This document shows positions 1 to 10,640 of a stretch of DNA of 32,000 bases, piece by piece. Location: positions 60,001 to 92,000 of the forward strand of contig NC_006908.1 in the NCBI RefSeq assembly GCF_000008365.1, given 5' to 3'. Positions within the stretch are counted from its first letter, which is position 1, and every line of letters starts with the position of its first letter. A program made the translations under genes and the position numbers. The stretch comes from Mycoplasma mobile 163K (lineage in GTDB: Bacteria > Bacillota_I > Bacilli_A > Mycoplasmatales > Metamycoplasmataceae). The notes under the pieces were generated by a model that was not told the origin of the DNA, did no database searches, and worked only from the letters and a program-made list of their open reading frames with translations.

Positions 1-42
1 TTAAAAATTTTTCTATTATAAAAAATATAAAGGAGATACTTA

Positions 43-1446
43 ATGAATATATTTAATTTTTTTAAATCCAAAAAAAATGAAAAATTCAAATCAAAAAATT
101 TAACTTTTAAGCAAGGTCTTTTAATGTGAAGTATTTTAATAATTGGATATATTGTTTTTATTATTAATTGATTAATGCTAGGTAATTTGGCAGGACAAGG
201 TGCTATAGATAGTAATGGAAATCCAATTGGATGAACAGCATATTTTTTTGGTGGAATTCCAGAAAATATTAATCTTATTACGCAAGCAGTTAATTATACA
301 ATAACTTTCATGAGAGGAGTAGGTTCTTTAGTAGTAGGATATTTAATTGTTAAATTAACTCATAAATGAGCTGTTGTTATTTCTCTTGCTCTTCTTTTAA
401 TGGCAATTCCTGCCATTTTAATGCCTTCTAATGTTGGCGGGTTTGCAGGATTTATTATTTTTAGGATGCTTTTAGCAATAGGTGGAACAACTCTAATAAT
501 TTATACGCAACCTATTGTTGCAAAAAGTGTCCCACAAAAGCGCAAGGGAATTTTTACAATTTTTTCCACTTTTGGATTTAGCCTTGCAACAATAATTGTT
601 GCAGCACCTTTTTTAAGTTTAAGAATTCAATTACAAACAAATTGACAATTTGTATCAGGAATAACAGCTGCAACAGCTTTTATTCCTCTTGTTATTTATA
701 TAATTTTTGGAAAAAATTTTGACATTACTTCACAAGTCAAACTAGATCAATATGATAGTACTCTTTATCCGACAACAGGGAAAGAAATTATAAAAGAAAA
801 ACAAACTTGAGTTTGAGTCTTAATTTATGGAGCTGGTTTAGTACTTGCGGTTATACCTATTACAGATTTATTTAGGCAAGCTTTAGTTAATCTTGCACCT
901 GCTAATTTGACAAATCAAGCAAATTCTGCTTTTAGTATTTTTACAATTGTATATGTTTCAGGAGTATTTTTATCACCTTTTACAATAGGGTTATGAAATT
1001 CAACAAATGCAAAAAGAAAACCATTTGCTATTTTTATTGTTTCAATGATTATTCTTGCATTTATATTAATGTTTTTAGGTTGAAGATTTGGATCAGTTGC
1101 AACTTTTTATGTTTTTGGTTTTATATCAGGATGGCTTGTTTGATCGCTTCAATCAATAACACTTCAAAATCCACACGAAAGAAAAGGTAACACTCCAAAA
1201 AGAATAGGAATTATATTTTCTTTTAGTTGAGGTTTTGGGTACTTCTTTTTTACAATTATAAATATTATTCTAGCAGCAATTGTTCCTGAAAATGCATCTT
1301 TAGAATTATGAATAGGTTTTGTTATTCTCTTTTTAATTTTTTCTTCACTACTTGGTGTTGGATTTTTATTTGCAGAAGAAACTAAACCTCAAGGAAAAAT
1401 AATTCCTGGAAGATTAAAATTTTGAAAAAAATTAGACAAAAAATAA
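43..1446 (+). CDS. Polytopic membrane permease, MFS-like (467 aa)
   Basis: ATG at 43 follows AAGGAG at 32-37. One frame stays open to TAA 1444-1446 once in-frame TGA codons are read as Trp, and track ORF 400..645 lies in this frame. The translation is a series of about 12 hydrophobic segments with short basic loops. The family assignment rests on overall appearance only. Confidence 0.6.
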
Positions 1447-1534
1447 TTTCTTCTAATAAAAGATAGGTTCATTTATGTTTTTTATTATATAATTCAAATA
1501 TATTAAAATAATTTCTATAAATGCAAGAGGATGT

Positions 1535-2998
1535 ATGAACCAAAAATTAAGTGAGCAAGAACTCATTCGACGTCAAAAAATTGAAAAACTACAAAAATTA
1601 GGTGTAGAAGTTTTTCACGAAACAGTGAAATTCGATTTAAATATTAATAAAATTATCCAAAAATATAATTCATTTTCAAAAGATGAATTAGCAAAAGATG
1701 AATTTTCATTATCAACAACAGGAAGAATTATTACAATTAGAAGTTCCTTTTTAGTTTTAAAATCACAAGGAAGTAAATTCCAAATTTACTTACCAATCAA
1801 AGAATTAGACAAAAAATACTTAGAATTAATTGATCTATTAGATATAGGAGATATTATTTTTGTTAATGGAAAGTTAATGAAAACTCAAACAGGTGAGTTA
1901 ACTTTAAGAGCAAATGAATTGAAACTTTTATCAAAATCTTTAAAAGTTTTACCTGATAAATTTCATGGCCTAAATGATATTGAAGAAAGATACCGTCATC
2001 GCTATGTTGATTTAATTGTAAATGATGATGTTAGAAAAACATTTTTATTAAGAAGTAGAATTATTTCTTTAATAAGAAAATATTTTGACAACCTAGAATA
2101 TTTAGAAGTTGATACTCCTGTTTTACAACCAATTTTAGGTGGTGCAAGTGCAAAGCCATTTATAACAAAATTTAATGCTTTAAATAGTAATTTTTATTTA
2201 AGAATTGCAACAGAACTACCACTTAAAAAATTAGTTGTAGGTGGATTTGATAGAGTTTATGAGATTGGAAGAATTTTCAGAAATGAAGGAGTAGACACAA
2301 CTCATAATCCTGAATTTACCTCAATTGAATATTATGAAGCATATTCTAATAATGAAGGAATGATGAATCGAACAGAAGATTTATTTAAATTTATTGCAAA
2401 AGAATTAAATTTAAAAACAATCTTTTTCAATGGATATGAGATAGATTTAAATAAACCATTTAGAAGACTAAATATGGTGGAAGCTTTAAATGAGAAATTG
2501 GGAATTGATTTATATAAAATTTCATTTGAAGATGCAAAAGTCCTTGCAAAAAAACATCATATAAAAGTTGAATCATATTTTAAAATTGGACACATTATCA
2601 ATGAATTATTTGAATTATTTATAGAAAAAGATTTGATTCAACCAACTTTTGTTTATGGGCACCCAATTGAAATTAGTCCTTTAGCTAATAAAAACAAAAA
2701 AAATCCCAATTTTACAGATCGTGCCGAACTGTTTATCGGTACAAAAGAATATGCTAATATGTTTACAGAATTAACTGATCCAATTGATCAACTAGAAAGA
2801 TTTAAAGATCAGCAAAATGAAAAGGATAATGGTAACGAAGAGGCAAATGAAATCGATTATGATTTTGTTGAAGCTCTTGAATATGGTTTACCTCCAACAG
2901 GTGGATGTGGAATTGGTATTGATAGATTAGTGATGTTATTCACAAATAATGAATCAATTAGAGAAGTTTTATTATTCCCACACTTAAAAAATAAATAA
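1535..2998 (+). CDS. lysS: Lysyl-tRNA synthetase, class II (487 aa)
   Basis: Intact track ORF. It has an N-terminal OB anticodon-binding region and class II motifs (...[23 protein letters not shown]..., ...[19 protein letters not shown]...) typical of LysRS. Confidence 0.97.
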   Translation: MNQKLSEQELIRRQKIEKLQKLGVEVFHETVKFDLNINKIIQKYNSFSKDELAKDEFSLSTTGRIITIRSSFLVLKSQGSKFQIYLPIKELDKKYLELIDLLDIGDIIFVNGKLMKTQTGELTLRANELKLLSKSLKVLPDKFHGLNDIEERYRHRYVDLIVNDDVRKTFLLRSRIISLIRKYFDNLEYLEVDTPVLQPILGGASAKPFITKFNALNSNFYLRIATELPLKKLVVGGFDRVYEIGRIFRNEGVDTTHNPEFTSIEYYEAYSNNEGMMNRTEDLFKFIAKELNLKTIFFNGYEIDLNKPFRRLNMVEALNEKLGIDLYKISFEDAKVLAKKHHIKVESYFKIGHIINELFELFIEKDLIQPTFVYGHPIEISPLANKNKKNPNFTDRAELFIGTKEYANMFTELTDPIDQLERFKDQQNEKDNGNEEANEIDYDFVEALEYGLPPTGGCGIGIDRLVMLFTNNESIREVLLFPHLKNK

Positions 2999-3031
2999 TA
3001 ATAAAACAAAAAGAAAGAAGTATAAAAAGTA

Positions 3032-3844
3032 ATGAAAATATTTGCATTTGATTTAGATGGGACTCTATTAGAAGATAGTGGTGAGATACACCCCGGTACA
3101 AAAAAAGTTTTAGACCTAGCCGTTAAAAAAGGTCACAAATTGATTTTAGCTACAGGAAGAGGACTTTCTGCTGTTTTGCCTTTTTTAGAAAAAGTATCTG
3201 GAATTGAATATTTGATTTGTAGCAATGGAAGTGTTTTATTTGATGTTAAAAACAGTAAAGTTAAAAATTTGAAGCCATTAGAAATGGACGTTTACGAAGA
3301 TTTTGTTCAAGAAGCAAAAAATAATGAAAACATTTTCTTTTCAGCAAATGGAATTCAAAATATTTTTGTAATTAATACATTCCCCCCTTTAGAAGAAAAA
3401 TATGACCAAAATTATATTAAAGAATTATTAAAAGGAACAATTCCTGTAGAAGATGAATATGCAAGAGAAAAATTAGAAGAAGATGTTTTTATTCAAGCTG
3501 CTTTAAAATCTGATGAAATAACAATCAAACATCTTTATGAAAAATATCGTGAAAAATATGGTGATAAATATAGCATTGTTATAACAAATAAAGTTTATTT
3601 AGATATCAATCCTTTAAATGCTTCAAAATACAATGCACTTATAGTTGCTTTGAAAAATATGAATAAAAATGAGGGTGATTTAATTTCCTTTGGTGATAGT
3701 AATAATGATTTAGACATGGTTAAAAACTCATCAAAAGGTTATGCTATGCAACATGCAACTGAGCAACTAAAAAAAGTTGCCACAGAAGTAATTGGAACAA
3801 ATAATTCTGATACTATTGGTAAAAAATTATTGGAGCTAATTTAA
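3032..3844 (+). CDS. Cof-type HAD-IIB phosphatase (270 aa)
   Basis: N-terminal FAFDLDGTLL (HAD motif I), ATGR (motif II) and C-terminal FGDSNNDLDM (motif IV). The inserted cap domain has a size typical of the Cof subfamily. Confidence 0.85.
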   Translation: MKIFAFDLDGTLLEDSGEIHPGTKKVLDLAVKKGHKLILATGRGLSAVLPFLEKVSGIEYLICSNGSVLFDVKNSKVKNLKPLEMDVYEDFVQEAKNNENIFFSANGIQNIFVINTFPPLEEKYDQNYIKELLKGTIPVEDEYAREKLEEDVFIQAALKSDEITIKHLYEKYREKYGDKYSIVITNKVYLDINPLNASKYNALIVALKNMNKNEGDLISFGDSNNDLDMVKNSSKGYAMQHATEQLKKVATEVIGTNNSDTIGKKLLELI

Positions 3845-3848
3845 TTAT

Positions 3849-4703
3849 ATGGATAAGAATCTTTTAACTGGTATTAAGGCATTTTATTTTGATTTAGATG
3901 GGACTACATTTGTAAATGAAAAAGAAATTGATTCATCAACATTAAGAGTTTTTGAAACTTTAAAACAAAAAGGTTTTAAAGTTGGAATTGCAACAGGAAG
4001 ACACCATTTAGAAATTCAAGAACAACTTGAAAAAATTAAGCCCAATTTACCTGTTATTACAGTAAATGGAACAATGATGTTAGATCCTCAATCTAAAAAA
4101 GTATTAAATATTAATAATTTTAATATTGATGAAGGTGAAGAAATTTTAAAAATTATTGAAAAAAATAATGTTTTAAGTTGTTCATTTACAAATGAAGAAA
4201 TAATTTATTCTTATAATGAAGATTTAAATGAAGATTTAAAAGTATTCGAACAAGAATATGAAATTTCTTTAAAAACACAATATCCAATCCCTTATGTTTT
4301 TTTAGATAAAAATGAGAAAAGGAAAAATCTTAAAATTAATAAATTTTTATTATTTGGTAAAAATTTAGATGAAAAAAAATATAAAAATATAAAAAAAGAT
4401 ATCGAAACATCAGGTATTGATGCTCAAATTCTTTATGCTTATAATAATTTTATTGAAATTTTTCCAAGAAAAACTTCAAAAGCTTCTTCTTTAGCTTTAG
4501 TTGCAAAAAACATAAATTGATCTTTGGATAGTTTTGGATTTTTTGGTGATGGAGTCAATGACATTGAAATTTGCAAAGCTGCAAAACTATGTGTTGCAAT
4601 GGGTAATTCTTGGAAGGAACTAAAATCAGTTGCAACTGTAGAAACAAAAACTAATTTAGAAAATGGAATTGAATTCTTTTTCAAAAAAATTGAACTACTA
4701 TAG
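3849..4703 (+). CDS. Cof-type HAD-IIB phosphatase (284 aa)
   Basis: Track ORF 3849..4520 continues in frame through TGA 4518-4520 (Trp) to TAG 4701-4703. Motifs are YFDLDGTTF, IATGRH and, after the TGA, FFGDGVNDIEICK. The full HAD motif set only exists when TGA is read as Trp. Confidence 0.85.
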
Positions 4704-4732
4704 TGTTTTCAATTTTAAAAAAAGGAGTTTAA

Positions 4733-5578
4733 ATGAATACTTTAAAAAATATCAAGGCATTTTATTTTGATTTAGATGGGACTTTGTTTATAGATTCAAA
4801 ATTAAAAAAAATTGATATATCTTCAATAGAAGCAATTAATTATTTAAAACAAAAAGGCTTTAAAGTTGGAATCGCAACAGGAAGACATCACATAGAAATT
4901 ACAAAAGTGATAGAACAAATTAATCCTACTTTACCTACAATAAGTGTGAATGGAACAATCATTAATGATTCTTTAAGAAATGAATCAGAAAACATTTCTT
5001 ACTTTTCAAAATCTGAAACAATTAAAATTATTAGTTTTTTAAATTCTCAAAATCTGAATTTTGTTTTGTATGGTTTTGATTTTATGTATTACAAAGTAGC
5101 AGATATTTCTAATGATAAAATAAAAAGTTATTATGAAATGAAACAAAAAAATGCTTTTGATGAAAAAGTAAAAGCTTATTTTTTCTTTGATGAAAATATT
5201 GAAAAAACTTCAAGAGCAAATAAATTTTTAATTTTTTCTAAAGAAGTTTCTAAATCTAAAATGCAAGAATTACATAAATATTTAATCAAATCAGAAGTAA
5301 GTGCTAGTGTCCTTCAAGGTTTTAGTAGTGTAATTGAGATTTTTCCAAAGCAAACATCAAAAGGTTTTACACTTAAAAAAATAATGCAAGATAAAAATCT
5401 TAAAAAAGAAAATATCATCTTTTTTGGAGATGGTTTAAATGATATTGAAATTTGCAAGGAAGCAGGTGTTTGCGTTGTTATGAACAATGCAGAAAATGAT
5501 TTAAAAGAACATGCAACTTTTATTACAAAATCTAATTTGGAAAATGGTGTTAGTTCTTTTATAAAAGATAATTTCTAG
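4733..5578 (+). CDS. Cof-type HAD-IIB phosphatase (281 aa), paralog of 3849..4703
   Basis: Intact track ORF with motifs YFDLDGTLF, IATGRH and FFGDGLNDIEICK. The N-terminal ~75 aa are clearly similar to the preceding gene (IKAFYFDLDGT...LKQKGFKVGIATGRHH...). Confidence 0.85.
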   Translation: MNTLKNIKAFYFDLDGTLFIDSKLKKIDISSIEAINYLKQKGFKVGIATGRHHIEITKVIEQINPTLPTISVNGTIINDSLRNESENISYFSKSETIKIISFLNSQNLNFVLYGFDFMYYKVADISNDKIKSYYEMKQKNAFDEKVKAYFFFDENIEKTSRANKFLIFSKEVSKSKMQELHKYLIKSEVSASVLQGFSSVIEIFPKQTSKGFTLKKIMQDKNLKKENIIFFGDGLNDIEICKEAGVCVVMNNAENDLKEHATFITKSNLENGVSSFIKDNF

Positions 5579-5712
5579 TCATGTAAAAAAAACTAAAAAA
5601 AAATATTAAAAAATTCATAGAAGTATATAATTAGTTAAAGGAAATTACACTCTGGCCTGAAAACCAAGTAGGAGTATTTAATTAAAGTTAAATAAACTGG
5701 AGGTATTTTGCG

Positions 5713-7134
5713 ATGAATTCCATCTCAAGTAACAAATCAAATAATTCGAAGCCCCCGAGGGTCTCGGCTTCAAAAATTAGTAAATTAAACCCAAAAAATT
5801 TGCCAATAATTGAATTAAAATCAATCACTAAAGAATATGGTGATAAAACAATTTTAAACAATATTAATCTTTCAATCAAAGATGAAGAATTCATAACTAT
5901 TTTAGGACCTTCTGGTTCAGGGAAAACAACAATTTTATCTTTAATTGGTGGTTTTGAATATCCAAATCGTGGAGAAATAAAATTTTTTGGTAAAGATATT
6001 AAAGATTTACCACCTCACAAAAGACCAAGTTCAACAATCTTTCAAGATTATGCTTTATTTCCACATTTAAGTGTTGAAGGAAATATTAAATATGGACTTA
6101 AACTTAAAAGAGTACCTTTAACAGATGTTAAAGAATTACAATTAAAAACATTTGAAAATAAAGTTAACATTTGAAAAAAAACAGCAGATGAAAAAATGTT
6201 GCAACTTGATAAAATTCAAGAAGATTATCGTCAAAAGCTACAAAGTTCTGAATTAACTGAAAAACAAAGATCAAAATTTCAAAAATGAATTGATGATAGT
6301 GATTTCCACTATTCATATTGAGAAAACTATGTAGATTTAAAAAAAGAAAGTTATTCAAATAAATATTTAAGTAGAAAATTAACAAATAAAGAAATGGATG
6401 ATATTGTTAAAGAAATGCTTGAACTTGTTAGTTTAGAAGGTCATGCCAAAAGTGCTATTCAAAACTTGTCTGGTGGACAAAAGCAAAGAGTTGCTTTAGC
6501 AAGAAGTTTAGCTATTGAACCAAATATTTTGCTTTTAGATGAACCACTTAGTGCTCTTGATGCAAAAATTAGACAACAAATGCAAAGGCTTTTAAGTAAT
6601 ATTCAAAAAGAATTGAAACTAACATTTATTTTTGTTACGCATGATCAAAAAGAAGCAATCGAATTAAGTGATAGAATTATTATTGTTAGAGATGGAAAAA
6701 TTGAACAATTTGATACTCCTAAAAATATTTATGATTTTCCAAAAAATAAATGAGTAGCCAATTTTATTGGGTATTCTAATTTATTTGAAGCAAAATATTT
6801 AGAAAAAAATAAAGTAAGTTTTTTAGGAAAAACTTTTGATACAGTTCATACAAATTTTGAAAATAACACAATAGTAGATGCTTTAATTAGACCTGAAGAT
6901 ATTATTGTTTCTGATAAAGAAGGTTTAATTAAAGGTAAAGTTAAAGAATGAGTGTATAAAGGATCATATTATATAACTGAAATTCTTGTTGAAAATGTTC
7001 TTTTTATTGTTGAAAGTACAAAATTTTATGACATTGATCAAGATGTTTATTTAAGCTGAGAATTAGATTCAGTTCATCTAATGGAAAAAATGGAAGGAGT
7101 AAGTGATAATGCAAAAGATACTGAAAAAATTTAA
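5713..7134 (+). CDS. potA: Spermidine/putrescine-type ABC transporter ATPase with internal insertion (473 aa)
   Basis: Track ORFs 5713..6174 and 6394..6753 are in the same frame, joined and extended through TGA codons to TAA 7132-7134. It has Walker [11 protein letters not shown]-loop FQDYALFPH, signature LSGGQKQR, Walker [13 protein letters not shown]-loop VTHDQ and a C-terminal TOBE-like regulatory domain. GGAGG at 5699-5703 lies upstream of the ATG. Confidence 0.9.
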
Positions 7135-7945
7135 TATTAATACAAGATCATCTCTTTTAATACCTTATTTTATATATTCAGTAATTTTCATTATTACACC
7201 ATTAATTTTTATAGCTGTTTTAGCTTTTACTCCTGTTTTTGAAGATGGGCAGCGTTTTAATAATTTTGGAACTATCCAACAGGGAAGATTTTGAATTATT
7301 ATGCTTAGATCTGTCTATTTAGGAGTACTTGCTGCTGTTTTTTCTTTATTCATTGCTATGCCTTTTGTTTATATTGTGGCAAGAAGTCAAAATAAAATTT
7401 TCAAAACAATCGCAATGAGTTTAATCTTAAGTCCATTTTTTATTTTTTCTTTAGTTAAAGTTTTAGCAATAAGAGGACTTTTTAGTGCTATGTTTGATGT
7501 AAATTCTTTAAACAATGATGCTTTTTTACTTTTAGGGCTTATTTATTTATATTTACCTTTTATGATTATTCCTATTTATAGTATTTTTAGAGATATGCCT
7601 AAAAATATTTTAAATGCAAGTACAGATCTAGGATTTAGTGGAATTAAAACTTTTTTTAAAGTTGTAATTCCTTATTCCATAAAAGCTATTTTAAGTGGAG
7701 TAGGAATTGTATTTCTTTTAGCGGCTACTTCAATTGCTGTAAGTGAAAAACTTTTACCAGTTCCTGGTCAAAATCAACTTGTAGGAAATGAAATTAATAA
7801 TCTTGCTAATCCAGCAAATCCTTTTGATATTGCTTTGGCTTCCAATGTTGTTTTAGTAACACTAATTGTTATGTCAATTATTTATTTCTTAATTTATCTA
7901 TTGCCTATTTTAATTATGAAATGAAAAGGAATGAAAAATGTTTAA
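7109..7945 (+). CDS. potB: Polyamine ABC transporter permease (278 aa)
   Basis: Track ORFs 7103..7294 and 7301..7924 share a frame across TGA 7292-7294 and extend past TGA 7922-7924 to TAA 7943-7945. The protein is multi-pass hydrophobic with a binding-protein-dependent permease loop. ATG 7109 is preferred over GTG 7103 because AAGGAG (7094-7099) is 9 nt upstream. It overlaps the potA 3' end. Confidence 0.85.
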
Positions 7946-8867
7946 TTGAATCAAAGCAAGCAAAATATCTTTTGTATCAATTGTCATTTTGCTAATGTAT
8001 ATTCCATTATTTTTCTTATTAATTTTTTCTTTTAACGCAACCTCGAGAAGAGGTGTAATAAGTTTTGACATTTGAAATGGACTTTCTTTTCAGGCTTATG
8101 TTGATTTATTTAGTCAAGATGTATTGTTAGCTTTTGCAAATTCTGCAATAATTGCATTTTTTACAATAATTATTACAACCATATTATCCTTATTAACTGT
8201 TTTTGGTTTGTGAAAGCAAAAAAACAAGGCAATTAAGTTATATACAGATGGAACAAATAATATTCCTATTATTAATGCTGATATTATTACTGCTATTGGT
8301 ATTGCTATTTTATTAACATCAATGTTTGGAACCTTAGTTGCTAATGATGAAGGAATTTTTAGAGCAATTATTTCACATGTAGTTATGACATTCCCTTATT
8401 CTATTTTAATCATGTATCCAAGAAGCGAAAAATTTAATGAAACTTTATTTAAAGCAAGTTATGATTTAGGTTATGGGAAAATAAGAACTTGATTCAAAAC
8501 TTATTTTAGATACATGCTTTTACCTATAATTTTTTCAATTATTATTACAACTGTTTTTTCTTTTGATGATTTTATATTGGCAAGAATTTCAAGTAATGTT
8601 CAAACAGTTGGAGTTCAATTATTTGCAGGTCAATTCCAGCCATGAGCTCTAGCATTAGGTTCTTTATTGCTAATTGCAGTAATAATAGGAAACATAATTT
8701 ATGTTTTATTTAAAATAAGTCAAGCTAAAAAGGCTAAAAAAACAACTTCACAATTAATAAAATTAAATGCAACAGATCCAATGTTGAAAAAATTATTTGG
8801 AATTAAAAAAGTTAAATCTAAATTTTTTAATTTACATTTAAATAAAACAAAATTTAAAGGAGAATAA
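7938..8867 (+). CDS. potC: Polyamine ABC transporter permease with Lys-rich C-terminal tail (309 aa)
   Basis: ATG 7938 overlaps the potB end by 8 nt. The frame is open through several TGA codons and contains track ORF 8667..8867. The translation (MFNWIKASKISFVSIVILLMYIPLFF...) is a 6-TM PotC-like permease. Confidence 0.85.
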
Positions 8868-8868
8868 T

Positions 8869-10482
8869 ATGACAAAATGACAAAAAGTAGTGATTTCCAG
8901 TTCTATAATTGCAATTTCCTCAGCCACAACAATTGCTCCTTTTGCATTCAAATATTCCTTACCTAATGCAGGATTTAAACCTATTGTTTATAATTATGTT
9001 CAATATATTTCAGAAAATGCAGAATCAATTATCAATGAAAAATTTGCTTTTAGGACATATAATGACTTGCCACAATTCAAGCAACAATTGACTGAAGGTA
9101 AAACAATCGGAGGTGTGAGTAGTGATTTTCAAATTGCAGAATTCGCAATTCAAAATTTAATTAAACCGATTGATTTCAATGCTTTTTTTGGAACAACAGG
9201 AATTATTTATGATGAAAATTGAGCTAAAGATAATTATACTGATTTTGTATTTCAACAAATGTCTAATTATGATGCTTTTTTACAACAAAAATTTATAGAG
9301 CAAGGAAAATCACTAGAAGAGGCTAAAAATTTAGGTCAATTATGAAAATGAACAATCCCATATTTTACTCAAGATAAAGTAATTTCCTTTAATGTTGAAA
9401 GATTAGAGAATTTGAGTGCTGCAGAAAAACAAGATTGATTAAAATTAACTCCTGAAGCATTAAATGCTAAATTTGCAGGTATGTCTTATGTTGATGTTTT
9501 TAAAGAATTTAGACGATTAGGAGCACAAAAATTTGCTATCAATGATATTCATAGACAAAACAATGCAATTGGATCAACTTATAATCCAACTAATCCTTCA
9601 GGAAATAACCCTGATGCAACAGGGACACTAAATCAAGTAAATTTTAGAACTCAAACAGATAATTTTGTAAAAATTGTTGAAGAAGGAACCGGATTTAGGA
9701 TCAATGATCCATCTAGAATTGAATTAAATCCTTCTGATCCTGAAATTCTAGCTAATTTAATCAACCCTCAAAGAAATGATGCTGTTGGAGTCATTTACAA
9801 TGGAGATGCAATTCAAACTATTTTTACTTCATTCGTTTTTCCAGAAGTTTATGATAATATAAATCGAACTGAAAAAAATCCTGTAAGAACAATTAGAGTT
9901 GCCAATCAAATTTCTCTTTTAGATGGATTTGTAGTTGCTAACAAAATTAGTCCCGAATTAGAAAAGCAATTTTTATCAACAATTTACAGAGCTGCTTTTG
10001 ATGGAACTTATGGTTTAGGTGAATTTCAAAATGGAATTTTAGCAAGTGATTTAAGTGTTTCAACACACACAGAAATTGTAGGAAGTGCAACTGTTGTTGA
10101 AGCAATTAATAAAATTACCGCAAAGGATCTTATTGGTGAAAATCAGTATAAAAAATTAGCTAATACAAGCGGATTTTTAAATTTTGATTTTGTGACATAT
10201 ACTCCTGCAACAAGGTTTCAAATGAATATAGCATTAAATCATTATTATAGTGATGTGGTAAAAAGATTATATGTTGAAGATGAAAATGGTCCAAAGAATT
10301 TTCAAGAATTTATTGGGTCTAATTCTGAAAAACAACTTTTAATTGAAAATTGAGCAAAATATATTATTAGAATTAATATGGTGCCAGAAGGCTCTATTTT
10401 AAAACCTCTTGTTGTAACTCCTGCATCAAATTTTGTCAATTCAATTTCATTAAATTATTATCGTGAAAAAACAACTTCTTAA
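8869..10482 (+). CDS. potD: PotD-like polyamine-binding protein, signal-anchored, copy 1 (537 aa)
   Basis: ATG 8869 lies 6 nt after AAGGAG (8857-8862). Track ORFs 8890..9222 and 9481..10353 are in frame and joined via TGA=Trp, ending at TAA 10480-10482. An N-terminal TM anchor (VVISSSIIAISSATTIAPFAF) has no lipobox Cys. PotD-like patterns are present (YNYVQYI, GVSSDFQIAEFAIQNLIKPID, VGVIYNGDA). It sits directly after potABC. Confidence 0.75.
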
Positions 10483-10640
10483 TTAAAAAAGTATTAAAAT
10501 ATTTATAACTAAATTATGGGAAAGTTTGAAATTTATACCAGAACAAATTTATTAAATAAGTTTATGTTAATCGGTGATTGTACAATTACTTTTGTTAAAA
10601 TGAGCTATTTTCTTTTTGATAAAACCTAAGAAGGTATAAA

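Noticed and set aside
993-1190. Off-frame ORFs 993..1190, 8909..9091 and 15706..15888 (+).
   Set aside because: They lie in alternative frames inside the MFS-like, potD and polC genes. Their translations are Cys/Phe/Lys-rich nonsense with no supporting start signals.
5640-5700. GC-richer patch in the potA leader (ACACTCTGGCCTGAAAACCAAGTAGGAGT) with possible ACTC/GAGT and TGG/CCA pairing, considered as a possible riboswitch.
   Set aside because: It is too short and irregular, and I recognise no match to any riboswitch consensus. It could be a minor leader hairpin but cannot be supported from one sequence.
4439-6385. Minus-strand ORFs 4439..4684, 5688..5894 and 6164..6385.
   Set aside because: They are antisense to the HAD and potA coding frames. 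The HAD motif IV and the PotA frame run through these regions on the + strand.
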